Source: Candidatus Cloacimonadota bacterium
Lineage (GTDB): Bacteria; Cloacimonadota; Cloacimonadia; G963667145
Length of the DNA: 64,000 nt
Direction: 5' to 3'
Assembly: GCA_963667255.1 (NCBI GenBank)
Contig: OY762940.1
Coordinates: 1,024,001-1,088,000 of the forward strand
Shown: in pieces, positions 10,152-21,689 of the stretch
How positions within the stretch are numbered: the stretch's first letter is position 1
Layout of the letters: every line of letters starts with the position of its first letter
Notes under the pieces: model-generated
Told to the model about the DNA's origin: nothing
Seen by the model: only the letters and a program-made list of their open reading frames with translations
Databases searched by the model: none
Program-made: the position numbers and the translations under genes

Positions 10152-10758
10152 CAATATTTTCAACAGCTTTTTGACCAGATCTCAACAAAAAGTTCTTTTA
10201 TTTCTGGTTGTTCTTTTCGTTTTGGGCAAGGGTTTGAACCTATTTTCGTATGAACCAAAAAATCAGAAGCAGTTAACCGAAGAAATTGCTGAAGCGGTTA
10301 AGATTGATGCTAAAATAATAGTAGATGTGAGGACTGCTTCTGCGAAAGAGTTGGAGATGGTGCCCGGGATAGGCGAAAAAACAGCTGCCAAAATCATCGA
10401 GATTCGTTCAGATTTTACTTCTTTGGAAGATTTGATGGAGGTCAGAGGAATTGGTCCTGCCAAGTTTAACAAAATGAAAGAATTTTTTGTCCCTTTTGGC
10501 TCTGAATATACTAAAAAAATTTCTCAAGAAAAGAAGGATGAGATTGAATATGATAGGCGGGCTACAGCGGTCAATTTGAACACAGCCGGAGTTGAGGAAC
10601 TGACAACCATAAAGGGAATAGGGAAAGCTACTGCGGAGAAAATTGTGGAGTATAGAAATGAGCACGGCAAGTTCATGTCGGGAGAAGATTTGCTAAAAGT
10701 CAAAGGCATAGGGACGAAAAAATTGGAAAGTATTTTGTCCCAAATAGTTGTTGAGTAA
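10138..10758 (+). CDS. comEA: ComEA-family DNA-binding protein (helix-hairpin-helix)
   Basis: N-terminal TM followed by two HhH pairs (VPGIGEKTA/VRGIGPAK; IKGIGKATA/VKGIGTKK) and VNLNTA. Confidence 0.88.
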   Translation: MGEFNNIFNSFLTRSQQKVLLFLVVLFVLGKGLNLFSYEPKNQKQLTEEIAEAVKIDAKIIVDVRTASAKELEMVPGIGEKTAAKIIEIRSDFTSLEDLMEVRGIGPAKFNKMKEFFVPFGSEYTKKISQEKKDEIEYDRRATAVNLNTAGVEELTTIKGIGKATAEKIVEYRNEHGKFMSGEDLLKVKGIGTKKLESILSQIVVE

Positions 10759-10807
10759 AATAACTAATAGAAATACTTGTTTTCATTTTTTTAAAATTAA
10801 GATTTCG

Positions 10808-10835
10808 TTGACATATATCTCTCAAGCAATATAGT
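10808..10835 (+). promoter_or_regulatory. Putative sigma70 promoter of the guaB-pur cluster
   Basis: TTGACA (10808-10813), 16-nt spacer, TATAGT (10830-10835), about 48 nt upstream of the guaB ATG. Confidence 0.55.
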
Positions 10836-10883
10836 CATTCAAATTACTTTGATGTAAAAAAATAAATCTCAAGGAATTAACTT

Positions 10884-12377
10884 ATGACAAAATATTATAA
10901 CGATTTGTCTAGAACCTTTAGCGAATTTCTGTTGCTACCTAATTTCACTTCCAAAGATTGCTCTCCGAATAAAATATGTTTGAAAACTTCTGTTTCCAGA
11001 TATTGCAAAAACGACCCCTTACGATTTGAAATTAATTTGCCTGTTGTCTCGGCGATTATGCAGGCAGTTTCTGATGATAACATAGCCATTTCTCTGGCAA
11101 AATGCGGAGGAATGGCTTTTATTTTTTGCTCGCAATCTATAGAAGAACAAGCGAAAATGGTGCGGAAAGTAAAGAGCTACAAAGCCGGATTTGTGGTCAG
11201 TGATTCTAATTTGACCATTGAGCATACTTTGGCTGATGTCATCAAATTAAAAGAAAAAACAAATCATTCTACCATCGCTATTACCGAAGATGGGAAATCA
11301 ACGGGAAAGCTGTTGGGAATAGTTACCAAAAGAGATTATCGGCTCAGTAAAATGTCTTTGGATACCAAAATCAAAGATATTATGACTCCCTTTTCTTCGA
11401 TGATTTGTGGTGAAAATGGGATTAGTTTGAGTGAAGCTAACGATATACTTTGGAAGCATAAATTAAATTGTCTTCCCATAATCGATTCAGAGCAAAATTT
11501 AGCTTATTTGGTTTTTAGGAAAGATTATGAAAATCACAAGGAAAATCCTAATGAGTTGTTAGATGCAGGCAAGAGATATGTTGTTGGTGCAGGGATAAAT
11601 ACCTACGATTACAAAGAAAGAGTTCCTGCTCTGATAAATGAAGGTGCCGACATTTTGTGCATAGATTCTTCCGACGGATTTTCGGAGTGGCAAAGAGAGA
11701 CTATTCAATATATTAAAAATAACATTAGTCGGGATATAAAAGTTGGAGCTGGAAATGTTGTTGATGCGGAAGGGTTTTTGTTTCTTGCGGAAGCAGGAGC
11801 TGACTTTGTAAAAGTTGGAATTGGTGGAGGCTCTATCTGCATCACCAGAGAGCAAAAAGGAATAGGAAGAGGTCAGGCTTCGGCACTTATGGAAGTGGTA
11901 GATGCCAGAGACAAATATTATAAAAACACAGGAGTTTACATTCCTATTTGTTCTGATGGAGGAATTGTTCACGATTATCATCTTTCGCTTGCTTTGGCGA
12001 TGGGAGCTGATTTCATTATGTTGGGCAGGTATTTTGCTCGATTTGATGAGAGTCCTTCCCGCAAATTGAAAGTGGGAAACAACTATGTTAAGGAGTATTG
12101 GGGAGAAGGCTCTAATAGGGCAAAGAATTGGCAAAGATACGATTCTGTGCCTGAGGAAAAGAAAATTGGTTTTGAAGAAGGTGTAGATGCTTATGTTCCT
12201 TATGCCGGAAAATTAAAAGATAATTTGGAGATAACTTTGAGCAAGATTAAGGCAACTATGATTAGTTGTGGTTCTGCCAATTTGGCGGAATTTAGAGAAA
12301 AATCCAGATTTGTGATAGTCTCTCCTACGAGTATTGTCGAGGGTGGAGCACATGATGTGGAAAGAAAAGAGAACTAA
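10884..12377 (+). CDS. guaB: IMP dehydrogenase with CBS pair (clostridial/Bacteroides-like subtype)
   Basis: [36 protein letters not shown] (catalytic Cys), CSDGG, YWGEGS and EEGV motifs. Confidence 0.96.
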   Translation: MTKYYNDLSRTFSEFLLLPNFTSKDCSPNKICLKTSVSRYCKNDPLRFEINLPVVSAIMQAVSDDNIAISLAKCGGMAFIFCSQSIEEQAKMVRKVKSYKAGFVVSDSNLTIEHTLADVIKLKEKTNHSTIAITEDGKSTGKLLGIVTKRDYRLSKMSLDTKIKDIMTPFSSMICGENGISLSEANDILWKHKLNCLPIIDSEQNLAYLVFRKDYENHKENPNELLDAGKRYVVGAGINTYDYKERVPALINEGADILCIDSSDGFSEWQRETIQYIKNNISRDIKVGAGNVVDAEGFLFLAEAGADFVKVGIGGGSICITREQKGIGRGQASALMEVVDARDKYYKNTGVYIPICSDGGIVHDYHLSLALAMGADFIMLGRYFARFDESPSRKLKVGNNYVKEYWGEGSNRAKNWQRYDSVPEEKKIGFEEGVDAYVPYAGKLKDNLEITLSKIKATMISCGSANLAEFREKSRFVIVSPTSIVEGGAHDVERKEN

Positions 12378-12380
12378 AGT

Positions 12381-15300
12381 ATGATAGATGGAAAGTCATT
12401 GATGAACTATAAAAGAGTATTTGTGCAAAAAAAAGAGGGTTTCGAGGTTGAAGCAAAAGATGTTTTGACTGATATTAGGGAAACCTTGTTAATCTCCGAA
12501 ATTGCGGATTTGAAAATACTGATTCGCTATGATTTATACGATATTTCCGAAGAAGAGTATGAGCTGTCAAAAAAAATAGTGTTTTCTGACCATATAGTAG
12601 ATGTTGTTTATGAAAATGACCTTGAAATAGAAGAAGATGAGCAGGTTTTTGCAGTGGAATATTTGCCCGGGCAATATGACCAAAGAGCAGATGCTGCTCT
12701 TCAATGTCTGAATATTCTTTCCCAAAATGACAAGGTAAAAGTCAAAGTAGCAAAATTGTATGTTTTAAAGGGAAAACTAAGCAATATCCAAGTGGGGAAA
12801 ATAAAAAATTATCTGATAAATCCGGTAGATTCAAGGCAGGCAAGTTTGGAGAAAGCTCCAAATTTTGATGGAGAAATCTCGGAAAAACCCAGAGGGATTT
12901 CCCTGGTAAATGACTTTATCTCGATGAACGATGTTGCTTTAATAGAGCTTTTGGAAGAGATGAATTTTTCTATGTGTTTGGAGGATATAAAATTTTGCCA
13001 AGAGTATTTCAAAAATGAAGAAAAGAGAAATCCAACTTCTACGGAATTGAAAGTGATAGATATTTATTGGTCGGATCATTGCCGGCACAAAACTTTTAAT
13101 ACTATAATAGAAGATGTTGAGTTTGAAGATGGCTTTTATATGAAGCCGATAAAGAAGGCTTTTAAGGAATACCAAAAATCTAAAGAAAAATTGGGCAAAC
13201 AAGAGCAAGATATTTCCCTGATGAATATTGTGCTGACGGCAATGCAGGAACTAAAGCGAGATGGCAAATTGGAAGATTTGGAGCAATCCGACGAGATAAA
13301 TGCTTGTAGCATAGAAAGGGAGGTTGTGGTAAACGGAAAGCCTGAAAAGTGGCTGATAATGTTCAAAAATGAAACTCACAATCATCCTACGGAAATAGAG
13401 CCTTTTGGTGGAGCATCTACTTGTCTTGGCGGTTGCATTAGAGACCCCTTGTCGGGAAGAGCATTCGTTTATCAGGCGATGAGGATTAGTGGTTCGGGCA
13501 ACCCTACCTTGATGCATCAAGAGATAAAAGGGAAATTGTCGCAAAAAAAAATCACTAAAGATGCGGCTCGAGGCTATAGTTCTTATGGCAATCAGATTGG
13601 GATTAGCACAGGGCAGGTAGCGGAGTTTTATCATGAAGGATATAGAGCCAAAAGGCTGGAATTGGGGGCGGTAATTGGAGCAGTTCCCAAAAAAAATGTT
13701 ATCAGAGAAAAGCCGAGTCTTTCCGATGTGATAATACTTTTGGGTGGCAAAACTGGTAGAGACGGATGTGGAGGAGCGACTGGCTCTTCCAAATCGCACA
13801 ACGAGAACTCAATCAATGAGTGTAATTCGGAAGTCCAAAAAGGAAATCCTGTTGTAGAGAGAAAAATTCAGAGATTGTTTAGAAACGAAAAGGCGATAAA
13901 ACTGATAAAAAGGTGCAACGACTTTGGAGCGGGAGGAGTTTGTGTTGCTGTGGGAGAGCTTTGCGATGGTGTAAGCATCAACTTGGATTTGGTGCCAAAA
14001 AAGTATGAAGGCTTGAATGGCACTGAAATTGCTATCTCAGAGTCGCAGGAAAGAATGGCGGTGGTCGTCAGCGAAAAAGATAAGAATGAGTTTATTACTT
14101 TGGCAAAACAAGAGGCTTTGGAAGCAGTTGAGATTGCTAAAGTTACCAATAGCAATAAAATGCAAATGTTCTGGGCAGGAGATAAAATTGTCGATATTGG
14201 CAGAAAATTTTTGGATACAGGCGGAGTAAAGCCCAAAGTAAAGGTTAGAGTGAAAAACCCTCTGGAAGAAGAGAATTATTTTTTGCCGAATCGGGAGAAT
14301 GATTGGACAGATAATTTGCAAGAGATAAATCATTGCAGTCAAAAGGGTTTGGCTGAAATGTTTGATAATACCATTGGGAATGGCAGTGTTATTTCCAATT
14401 TTGGAGGCAAATATCAAATGACTCCCGCTGAAGCAATGATTTGTAAAATTCCCGTTTTGGAGGGAGATACGAATAGTGCCAGTTTGATGAGTTATGGTTT
14501 CAATCCTTATCTTTCTTCTTGGAGTCCCTTTCATGGGAGCATTTTTGCGATAGTAGAATCTTTGGCAAAACTTGTCGCCAGTGGTGGAGATTATAAAAAA
14601 GCCAGATTAACTTTTCAGGAGTATTTTGAAAAAATCGGTGATGATGAAGAAAAATGGTCGAAGCCTTTTTCAGCAGTTTTGGGTGCTTATTATTGTCAAA
14701 AAATGTTGGAAGTTCCGGCTATTGGTGGCAAAGATAGTATGTCGGGAAGTTTTAACGAACTTCATGTGCCGCCTACTTTTGTGAGTTTTGCCGTCGATGT
14801 GCTGGATACAAAAAGAGTAATCTCTTCCGAGTTCAAAAAAGTCGATAGTAAGGTTGTAATTCTCAAAGCCCAAAGAGATAAATTTGACATTCCTATATTT
14901 GAAAAATTGAAAGCCAATTTTGAATTGGTGCAAGATTTAATTTCCCAAAATAAAGTCCTTTCTTCGTTTAATGTAAAGAGTGGTGGAATTGCGGAAGCTA
15001 TTTCCAAAATGAGTTTTGGGAATAAAATCGGCTTTGAGTTTGGCACGGATATTTCCATAGAAGAGCTTTATGCAAAAGATTATGGTTCTATCATTTTGGA
15101 GATAGATGCAAAGGAAAATTTGAAGGAGTTATTCCCTGAATTTAGTTATAAAATTTTGGGAAAAACCAAGGAAGCAAAAGTCATCTCTTTCAAAAATTGT
15201 TCTTATGAATTGGACGAATTAATTGCAGTTTGGAGCAAGCCATTGGAGAAGATTTTCCCCACAAAATCAAGAGAGCAAAAAGGGGAAATAGTCAAATTTG

Positions 15301-16150
15301 CTTCTTATGAAAACACATCTCCCCAAAAATCTTTTTACATCTTAAAAAAAGCCAAGCCAAAAGTTTTTATGATGGTTTTCCCCGGAACAAATTGCGAATA
15401 TGATACAAAGAAAGCCTTTGAGAAAGCTGGAGCTGAAGTGGAAATCGGGATTTTTAATAACTTGGATTTAGCACAAATAAAGGAATCGATAGCATATTTT
15501 AGTAAGGCTATAAATAATTCTCAAATCTTGATGATACCTGGGGGATTTAGTTTGGGCGATGAGCCTGACGGTTCGGGAAAATTCATTGCTACCGTCTTGA
15601 GAAATCCCCAAATAGCGGGCAGTATCACAAAATTTTTGCAGACCAAAGATGGTCTTATCTTGGGAATATGCAATGGTTTCCAAGCTCTGCTTAGATTGGG
15701 GCTAATTCCTTTTGGGCAGATAGTTGAGCCGAGTAAAAACTATCTTGCTCTGACACACAATAATATAAAAAGGCATATAGCGAAAATGGCAGATGTCAAA
15801 GTGGTTTCCAATCTGTCTCCTTGGCTTAGCAAAGTAAATGTTGGCGACATTCATACTATCGCTATATCTCACGGCGAGGGTCGAATAGCTGGAGATGAGG
15901 ATAAAATAAAGAGCTTATTTTCAAAAAATCAAATAGCAACTCAATATGTGGATTTTAGCGGAATCCTACTTACGATGAAGATTATAATCCGAATGGCTCG
16001 TTTTGTGCCATAGAGGGAATTAGCGACCCGAGTGGCAAAATTTTTGGGAAAATGGGTCATAGCGAAAGAGTGGGAGACGGGACTTTGATAAATATTTATG
16101 GAAATAAAGACCAAAAACTATTTGAAGCTGGAGTTGATTATTTCAAATAA
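12381..16150 (+). CDS. purL: Phosphoribosylformylglycinamidine synthase, fused clostridial type; one-base frameshift near 15962 (possible pseudogene or sequencing error)
   Basis: YWSDHCRH, KNETHNHPTEIEPFGG, VQKGNP, SESQERM, FPGTNCE, PGGFS.GD and LGICNGFQ motifs. The missing tail (NPNGS..AIEG..GKMGHSER..GVDYFK*) continues in another frame to TAA at 16150. The true start may be ATG 12402. Confidence 0.95.
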
Positions 16151-16182
16151 ATCATACCATTTTAAAGGAGGTAAGTGATTAA

Positions 16183-16656
16183 ATGAAAGTGGCAATTATT
16201 TTTGGAAGTAAATCCGATACTGAGGTTATGAGGGGAGCAGCTGATGCCCTGAGAAAATTCGATATTCCCTGCAAAGCTTATGTGCTTTCCGCTCATAGAG
16301 CTTTTGATAAACTTATGGAAACGATAAAATTGTTGGAAAAAGAAGATTGTGAGCTTATAATTGCAGGTGCTGGTCTTTCGGCACATTTGCCAGGAGTCAT
16401 CGCTGCCAATACTTTGATACCTGTAATCGGAGTTCCCATCAATGTATCTTTGAGCGGTTTAGATGCTTTGTTTTCCATAGTGCAAATGCCCAAGGAAGTT
16501 CCCGTGGCAGCCGTAGGTATCAATAATAGCTACAATGCAGGGATTTTAGCTGTTAGGATATTGTCCATTAAGTATAAGGAGTTGAGAGAGAAATTGTTGG
16601 CTTACAAAGACGATTTGAAAGAAAAATTTTTAAAAGATAACGAGGTAATATTATGA
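16183..16656 (+). CDS. purE: N5-carboxyaminoimidazole ribonucleotide mutase
   Basis: [25 protein letters not shown] and SIVQMP motifs; AAGGAGG RBS. Confidence 0.96.
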   Translation: MKVAIIFGSKSDTEVMRGAADALRKFDIPCKAYVLSAHRAFDKLMETIKLLEKEDCELIIAGAGLSAHLPGVIAANTLIPVIGVPINVSLSGLDALFSIVQMPKEVPVAAVGINNSYNAGILAVRILSIKYKELREKLLAYKDDLKEKFLKDNEVIL

Positions 16657-17363
16657 TAAAGAAAGGTAGTCTGCTCTACGAAGGGAAAGCAAAAAAAATA
16701 TTTGAAACTGAGGTAAATGACGAAATTTTAGTTTTTTACAAAGATGATGCGACAGCTTTTAATGGACAAAAAAAATCTCAAATAGCAAGTAAAGGAATTT
16801 TAAACAATAGCATTACTACTATTTTGTTTGAGTTGCTCGCTAAAAACGGGATAAAAACCCATTTTATCAAGAAAATTAGTGATAGGGAACAATTGGTAAA
16901 AAAAGTGGAGATTGTTCCGCTTGAGGTAATCGTCAGAAATATTGCGGCAGGAAGTATGGCAAATAGGCTTGGTTTGCAGGAAGGTATGGAACTTAAAACC
17001 ACAGTTTTGGAAATTTCCTACAAAAATGATGCTTTGGGCGACCCACTAATTAACGATTATCATGCAGTTTCTATTGGTCTTACTACTTTTGAGGAATTGA
17101 AAAAAATCTATGAGATGGCTGCTAAAATTAATGTTATTTTGAAAGACTATTTTCTGAAAAGAAAGGTTAAATTGGTAGATTTTAAGTTGGAATTTGGAAG
17201 ATATAAAGATGAAATAATTCTTGCTGACGAAATCTCTCCCGATACTTGCAGATTTTGGGATGCTGATACTAATGAAAAAATCGACAAGGACAGATTTAGA
17301 CGAGATTTGGGGAATATTGTAGAAGCTTATGAAGATATTTTAAGCAGAATTTCCCAAGAATAA
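16653..17363 (+). CDS. purC: SAICAR synthetase
   Basis: [33 protein letters not shown] and [14 protein letters not shown] motifs. Confidence 0.97.
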   Translation: MIKKGSLLYEGKAKKIFETEVNDEILVFYKDDATAFNGQKKSQIASKGILNNSITTILFELLAKNGIKTHFIKKISDREQLVKKVEIVPLEVIVRNIAAGSMANRLGLQEGMELKTTVLEISYKNDALGDPLINDYHAVSIGLTTFEELKKIYEMAAKINVILKDYFLKRKVKLVDFKLEFGRYKDEIILADEISPDTCRFWDADTNEKIDKDRFRRDLGNIVEAYEDILSRISQE

Positions 17364-17419
17364 TTTTGCTATGATATTCATTAAATTATTCCAAATGAAA
17401 TATCGAAAGAGAGAAGAAT

Positions 17420-18790
17420 ATGTTTAGGGATAAGTTTAAAGAAGAGTGTGGAGTTTTCGGTGTTTTTTCCAATTTTGATGATTTTGATGCGACGGGATTA
17501 ACTTATTGTGGCTTGTATGCTTTGCAACACAGGGGGCAAGAGAGTGCAGGAATAGCCTCGTGTAGCCAGGGAAACTTGAGTATCAAAAAAGGAATGGGAT
17601 TGGTAGGCGAGGTTTTCAACCAAGAGATTTTAGGGCAATTAAAAGGAAATGCTGCCATTGGGCATGTCAGATATTCTACCACCGGAGCAAGCTCCATAAT
17701 CAATGCTCAGCCTCTGCTCAGTGAGTTGAAATTTGGCAAATTGGCAATCGCTCACAATGGGAATTTGATAAACACCTCGACCATCAAAGAGGATTTGGAA
17801 AATTCCGGTTCTATTTTTTACACTACTACAGATTCGGAAATAATTTTAAATTTGATAGCCAAAAAAACTGAAAAAGACATTGAAAGTGCCATAAAAGAGG
17901 TGGTGCAAGAGATTAAAGGTGCTTATAGCTTTGTTGTTTTGACCGAAAATTCTTTGATAGGAGTTAGAGACCCGGCTGGCATCAGACCTCTCTGTCTTGG
18001 CAAAATAGGAGAAAACTACATTTTATGTTCCGAGAGTTGTGCCTTGAGTATGATAAATGCCCAATTTGTAAGAGACATAATGCCTGGAGAAATGGTTGTA
18101 ATCGATAAAAACGGAGTTTGTTCTACACTTCTATGTGAACAAGTGAATTACAATATTTGTGCTTTTGAATACATCTATTTTGCCAGACCTGATAGTGTGA
18201 TAGATGGGGTAAATGTATATGAGGCAAGAGAAAAAGCAGGGGAATTGCTCTTCAAGGAATCTCCTGTCGAGGCTGATATTGTGGTTGGTGTGCCAGATTC
18301 AGGTATTCCTGCTGCTATGGGTTATGCTCATGCTTCGGGGATTCCTCTTAAAATGGGCTTGATAAAAAACAAATACATAGGGCGAACTTTTATTGCTCCC
18401 AACCAAAAAGATAGAGAAAAAATGGTTTCCATCAAAATGAACTCTTTGTCATCTATTGTAAAAGGCAAAAAAATTGTATTAATCGACGATTCTATCGTGA
18501 GAGGGACGACAAGCCGAAAATTGATAGAAATTTTACGAAAAAGCGGAGCAAAAGAGATTCACTTTAGAATATCTTCGCCCAAAGTAAAATTTTCGTGTGA
18601 TTTGGGTATGGACACCTCTTCGTATGAAAAAGAGATAATAGGAAACTATCTGAAAACTGAAGAAATAAATAAAATTTTGGGTTCTGACAGCCTTAAATAT
18701 CTTAGTATGGAAGGAATGTTGGAAACATTGAAATCTAAAGAGAAAAAAGGATTTTGTCTCGGATGTTTTACAGGGCAATATCCGTATTAG
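17420..18790 (+). CDS. purF: Amidophosphoribosyltransferase (propeptide and Fe-S type)
   Basis: KEECGVFG, LQHRGQESAG, GHVRYSTTG, AHNGNL, CAFEYIYFARPDS, DDSIVRGTTS and FCLGC motifs. Confidence 0.97.
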   Translation: MFRDKFKEECGVFGVFSNFDDFDATGLTYCGLYALQHRGQESAGIASCSQGNLSIKKGMGLVGEVFNQEILGQLKGNAAIGHVRYSTTGASSIINAQPLLSELKFGKLAIAHNGNLINTSTIKEDLENSGSIFYTTTDSEIILNLIAKKTEKDIESAIKEVVQEIKGAYSFVVLTENSLIGVRDPAGIRPLCLGKIGENYILCSESCALSMINAQFVRDIMPGEMVVIDKNGVCSTLLCEQVNYNICAFEYIYFARPDSVIDGVNVYEAREKAGELLFKESPVEADIVVGVPDSGIPAAMGYAHASGIPLKMGLIKNKYIGRTFIAPNQKDREKMVSIKMNSLSSIVKGKKIVLIDDSIVRGTTSRKLIEILRKSGAKEIHFRISSPKVKFSCDLGMDTSSYEKEIIGNYLKTEEINKILGSDSLKYLSMEGMLETLKSKEKKGFCLGCFTGQYPY

Positions 18791-18812
18791 CCAAAATAAT
18801 AAGGATAAAAAA

Positions 18813-19808
18813 GTGATAACTTATAAAGATTCTGGAGTGAATATCGAAGAAGGTTATAAGACCGTCAAAAAGATAAGCGAGTATGCCAAACAAACTCATA
18901 GCAAAGAAGTGGTAAATGATATCGGGAGTTTTGCCGGTTGTTTCTCACTGGAAAATTATGAAAATCCAATATTGGTCTCTGGCACTGATGGAGTGGGAAC
19001 GAAACTTGAGCTTGCTCTAAAAGCGAAGAAGTATGAAAATATCGGAATAGATTGTGTGGCAATGTGTGTGAACGATATTTTGTGTCTTGGAGCTAAACCT
19101 TTGTTTTTTTTGGATTATCTTGCTTGCGGTAAATTGTCTGCCGAGGTAGCTTCTGAAATTGTCAAAGGAGTTAGTCTTGGTTGCCTTGAAGCAAAATGCT
19201 CTCTCATCGGAGGAGAAACGGCGGAAATGCCTGGCTTTTATGATGATGGCAAATACGATATTGCTGGATTTTGTGTGGGAGTAGTTTCCAAAAATAAAAT
19301 AATCAACGGCGATAACATAAGTGCGGGAGATGTTTTGATAGGTTTGGAGTCGTCTGGGCTGCACAGCAACGGATTTTCGCTGGTGAGAAAGTTAATCAAA
19401 AAGACAAGCGAAAAATTGAACGGAGTGGAGCTTTCAGAAATTTTACTGAAACCTACCAAAATATATGTAAAAGCGATTTTGAAATTGCTTGAAAGCTACG
19501 AGATAAAGGGAATGGCTCATATCACAGGTGGAGGATTTGTGGAAAATATTCCCAGAATGTTCCGCCAAAATTTGCGAATTGTCATAGAAAAAAACAGCTA
19601 TAAAATTCCTGAAATATTTGAATATCTGATGGACTTGGGTGTGAGCGAAGAAGAGATGTATAAGACCTTCAATATGGGTATAGGTTTGGTTCTTGCAGTG
19701 GATAAAAACATCACTTGCAAGGTAATAGAATCTTTGGCAAATCTTGGAGAAGCGGGACATATTATCGGCTATTTTGAGGAAGGTGAAAAAAGCATATGTA
19801 TAAAATAG
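18813..19808 (+). CDS. purM: AIR synthetase (phosphoribosylformylglycinamidine cyclo-ligase)
   Basis: YKDSGVNI, GTDGVGTK, GGETAEMPG, SSGLHSNGFSL, HITGGG and TFNMGIG motifs. Confidence 0.97.
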   Translation: MITYKDSGVNIEEGYKTVKKISEYAKQTHSKEVVNDIGSFAGCFSLENYENPILVSGTDGVGTKLELALKAKKYENIGIDCVAMCVNDILCLGAKPLFFLDYLACGKLSAEVASEIVKGVSLGCLEAKCSLIGGETAEMPGFYDDGKYDIAGFCVGVVSKNKIINGDNISAGDVLIGLESSGLHSNGFSLVRKLIKKTSEKLNGVELSEILLKPTKIYVKAILKLLESYEIKGMAHITGGGFVENIPRMFRQNLRIVIEKNSYKIPEIFEYLMDLGVSEEEMYKTFNMGIGLVLAVDKNITCKVIESLANLGEAGHIIGYFEEGEKSICIK

Positions 19809-20407
19809 CGGTTTTGATTTCGGGCGAAGGCAGCAATCTCCAAACAATTATGGAGAAAGTGGAAAGTGCTTATCTAAATTGCGAAATATTTATGGTAATA
19901 AGCGATAACAAAAATGCAAAAGGGCTGCAAAAAGCGAAAGAAAAAAACATCTTGGCAATTGCTTTGGACAGAAAAGAAAACAAGGGGAAACTATCCGACA
20001 AAATAAATGAGCTTCTCTTTGGGAAAGTTGATTTGCTTGTTTTAGCAGGCTTTACTTCTATTTTGCAAGGAGAAATTTTATCCAATTTCAAAAATCGCAT
20101 AATTAATGTTCATCCATCTCTGATTCCTTCTTTTTGCGGTAAGAATATGTATGGCATCAAGGTTCACGAGAAAGCCTTGGAATATGGAGTGAAATTGTCA
20201 GGTTGCACGGTGCATTTGGTAAATGAGCAAATAGATGCAGGTAGTATTATTTTGCAAAAAGCTGTGGAAATCAGCGATACGGAAACGGCGGAAACTTTGC
20301 AAAAAAAAATCTTGAACTTAGAGCATGAGTTGCTTCCTTATGCAATAAAATTGTTTTCGGAAAACAAAATAGTAATCCAAGAAAGAAAAATTTTAATCAA
20401 AAAATAA
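19796..20407 (+). CDS. purN: Phosphoribosylglycinamide formyltransferase
   Basis: ISGEGSNLQ, LAGF, INVHPSLIP and SGCTVH...DAG motifs. Confidence 0.96.
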   Translation: MYKIAVLISGEGSNLQTIMEKVESAYLNCEIFMVISDNKNAKGLQKAKEKNILAIALDRKENKGKLSDKINELLFGKVDLLVLAGFTSILQGEILSNFKNRIINVHPSLIPSFCGKNMYGIKVHEKALEYGVKLSGCTVHLVNEQIDAGSIILQKAVEISDTETAETLQKKILNLEHELLPYAIKLFSENKIVIQERKILIKK

Positions 20408-20438
20408 AAATGTTTAAAAATATTTAAGAGGAAAATAG

Positions 20439-21689
20439 ATGAATATATTGGTAGTTGGAGGTGGAGGCAGAGAGCATGCAATAGTGTGGAAATTGCACAA
20501 AGATAACCGCCAAGATAAACTTTTTTGTGCCCCAGGAAATGCTGGCATTGCAGAGATTGCTCAATGTGTTGATATTCAGATAAATGAGTTGGACAAACTT
20601 TTGGAATTTGCTTTGGCAAACGACATTCAGCTGACCATAGTGGGTTCGGAAGAGCCTTTGGTTTTGGGTATTGTTGATTTGTTTGAAGCTTCTGCCTTGA
20701 AAATATTCGGACCAAATAAGCTGTGTGCGGAGTTTGAAAATAGCAAAATTTTCACCAAAAAATTTCTTATGAGACACAATATTCCCACCGCTAAATATTA
20801 TGAATACGAAGATGCGAAATTGGCAAAAGATGGCTTGAAAAACTTTTCTTACCCTTTGGTGATAAAAGCTGACGGCATAGCTGCAGGAAAAGGAGTGATA
20901 ATCGCAGAAGATAAGGAAACCGCAATTGAGGCTATTGGCGATATTATGGTCAAAAAAGTCTTTGCTCAAGCGGGCAACAAAATTGTTATGGAAGAGTTTT
21001 TGTCCGGCATAGAGGCTTCCGTTTTGTGTTTTGTAGATGGCGAAGATATTGTTCCGATGGTTTCCGCTCAAGATTATAAAAAAATATTTGATGGAGATTT
21101 AGGCTTAAATACAGGTGGTATGGGAGCTTGTTCGCCCAATCCAATATTTAGTCCCAAAATTGAAAAGATAATTGAAAATAAAATTTTGCTTCCCATAATA
21201 AACGGCTTGAAAGAGGAAAAAATAAAATACAAAGGTGTCTTATTTATCGGCTTGATGATAGAAAACGATGAGCCGAAAGTGTTGGAATTTAATGTGAGAT
21301 TTGGCGACCCTGAAACACAAGTTGTCTTGCCAAAGTTGGAAACACCTTTGGTGGAGATAATTGATAGTGTATTAAATTCAAATTTGAAAAATCAGAAATT
21401 TGTGTGGAAACAAAGCAAAACCTTGTGTGTAGTGCTTGCCTCAAAAGGCTATCCCGAAAAATATGAAAAAGGGGCAATCATAAAAGGCTTAAACAAGCTT
21501 GACGATGAAATTACGGTTTTCCATAGCGGAACAAAAAATTTGGGCGATAAGTTGGTCGCAAATGGCGGAAGAGTGCTGTCGCTTATGGCTTCTGCCTCTT
21601 CTCTCGATGATGCCCGAAAAAAGGTTTACGACAATATGAGTAAAATTTCATCAAAAGATTTTTATTATCGAAAAGATATAGGAATGTAG
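20439..21689 (+). CDS. purD: Phosphoribosylamine--glycine ligase
   Basis: GGGGREHA, APGNAG, KADGIAAGKGV, NTGGMG, EFNVRFGDPETQ and YYRKDIG motifs. Confidence 0.97.
   Translation: MNILVVGGGGREHAIVWKLHKDNRQDKLFCAPGNAGIAEIAQCVDIQINELDKLLEFALANDIQLTIVGSEEPLVLGIVDLFEASALKIFGPNKLCAEFENSKIFTKKFLMRHNIPTAKYYEYEDAKLAKDGLKNFSYPLVIKADGIAAGKGVIIAEDKETAIEAIGDIMVKKVFAQAGNKIVMEEFLSGIEASVLCFVDGEDIVPMVSAQDYKKIFDGDLGLNTGGMGACSPNPIFSPKIEKIIENKILLPIINGLKEEKIKYKGVLFIGLMIENDEPKVLEFNVRFGDPETQVVLPKLETPLVEIIDSVLNSNLKNQKFVWKQSKTLCVVLASKGYPEKYEKGAIIKGLNKLDDEITVFHSGTKNLGDKLVANGGRVLSLMASASSLDDARKKVYDNMSKISSKDFYYRKDIGM

Noticed and set aside
10759..10883. Purine, ZTP or PRPP riboswitch upstream of guaB-pur
   Set aside because: The predicted leader is only about 45 nt and AT-rich, with no aptamer-like stems or terminator.
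15950..15975. Programmed ribosomal frameshift in purL
   Set aside because: No X XXY YYZ heptamer or obvious stimulatory structure is present at the shift point; a simple indel is more parsimonious.
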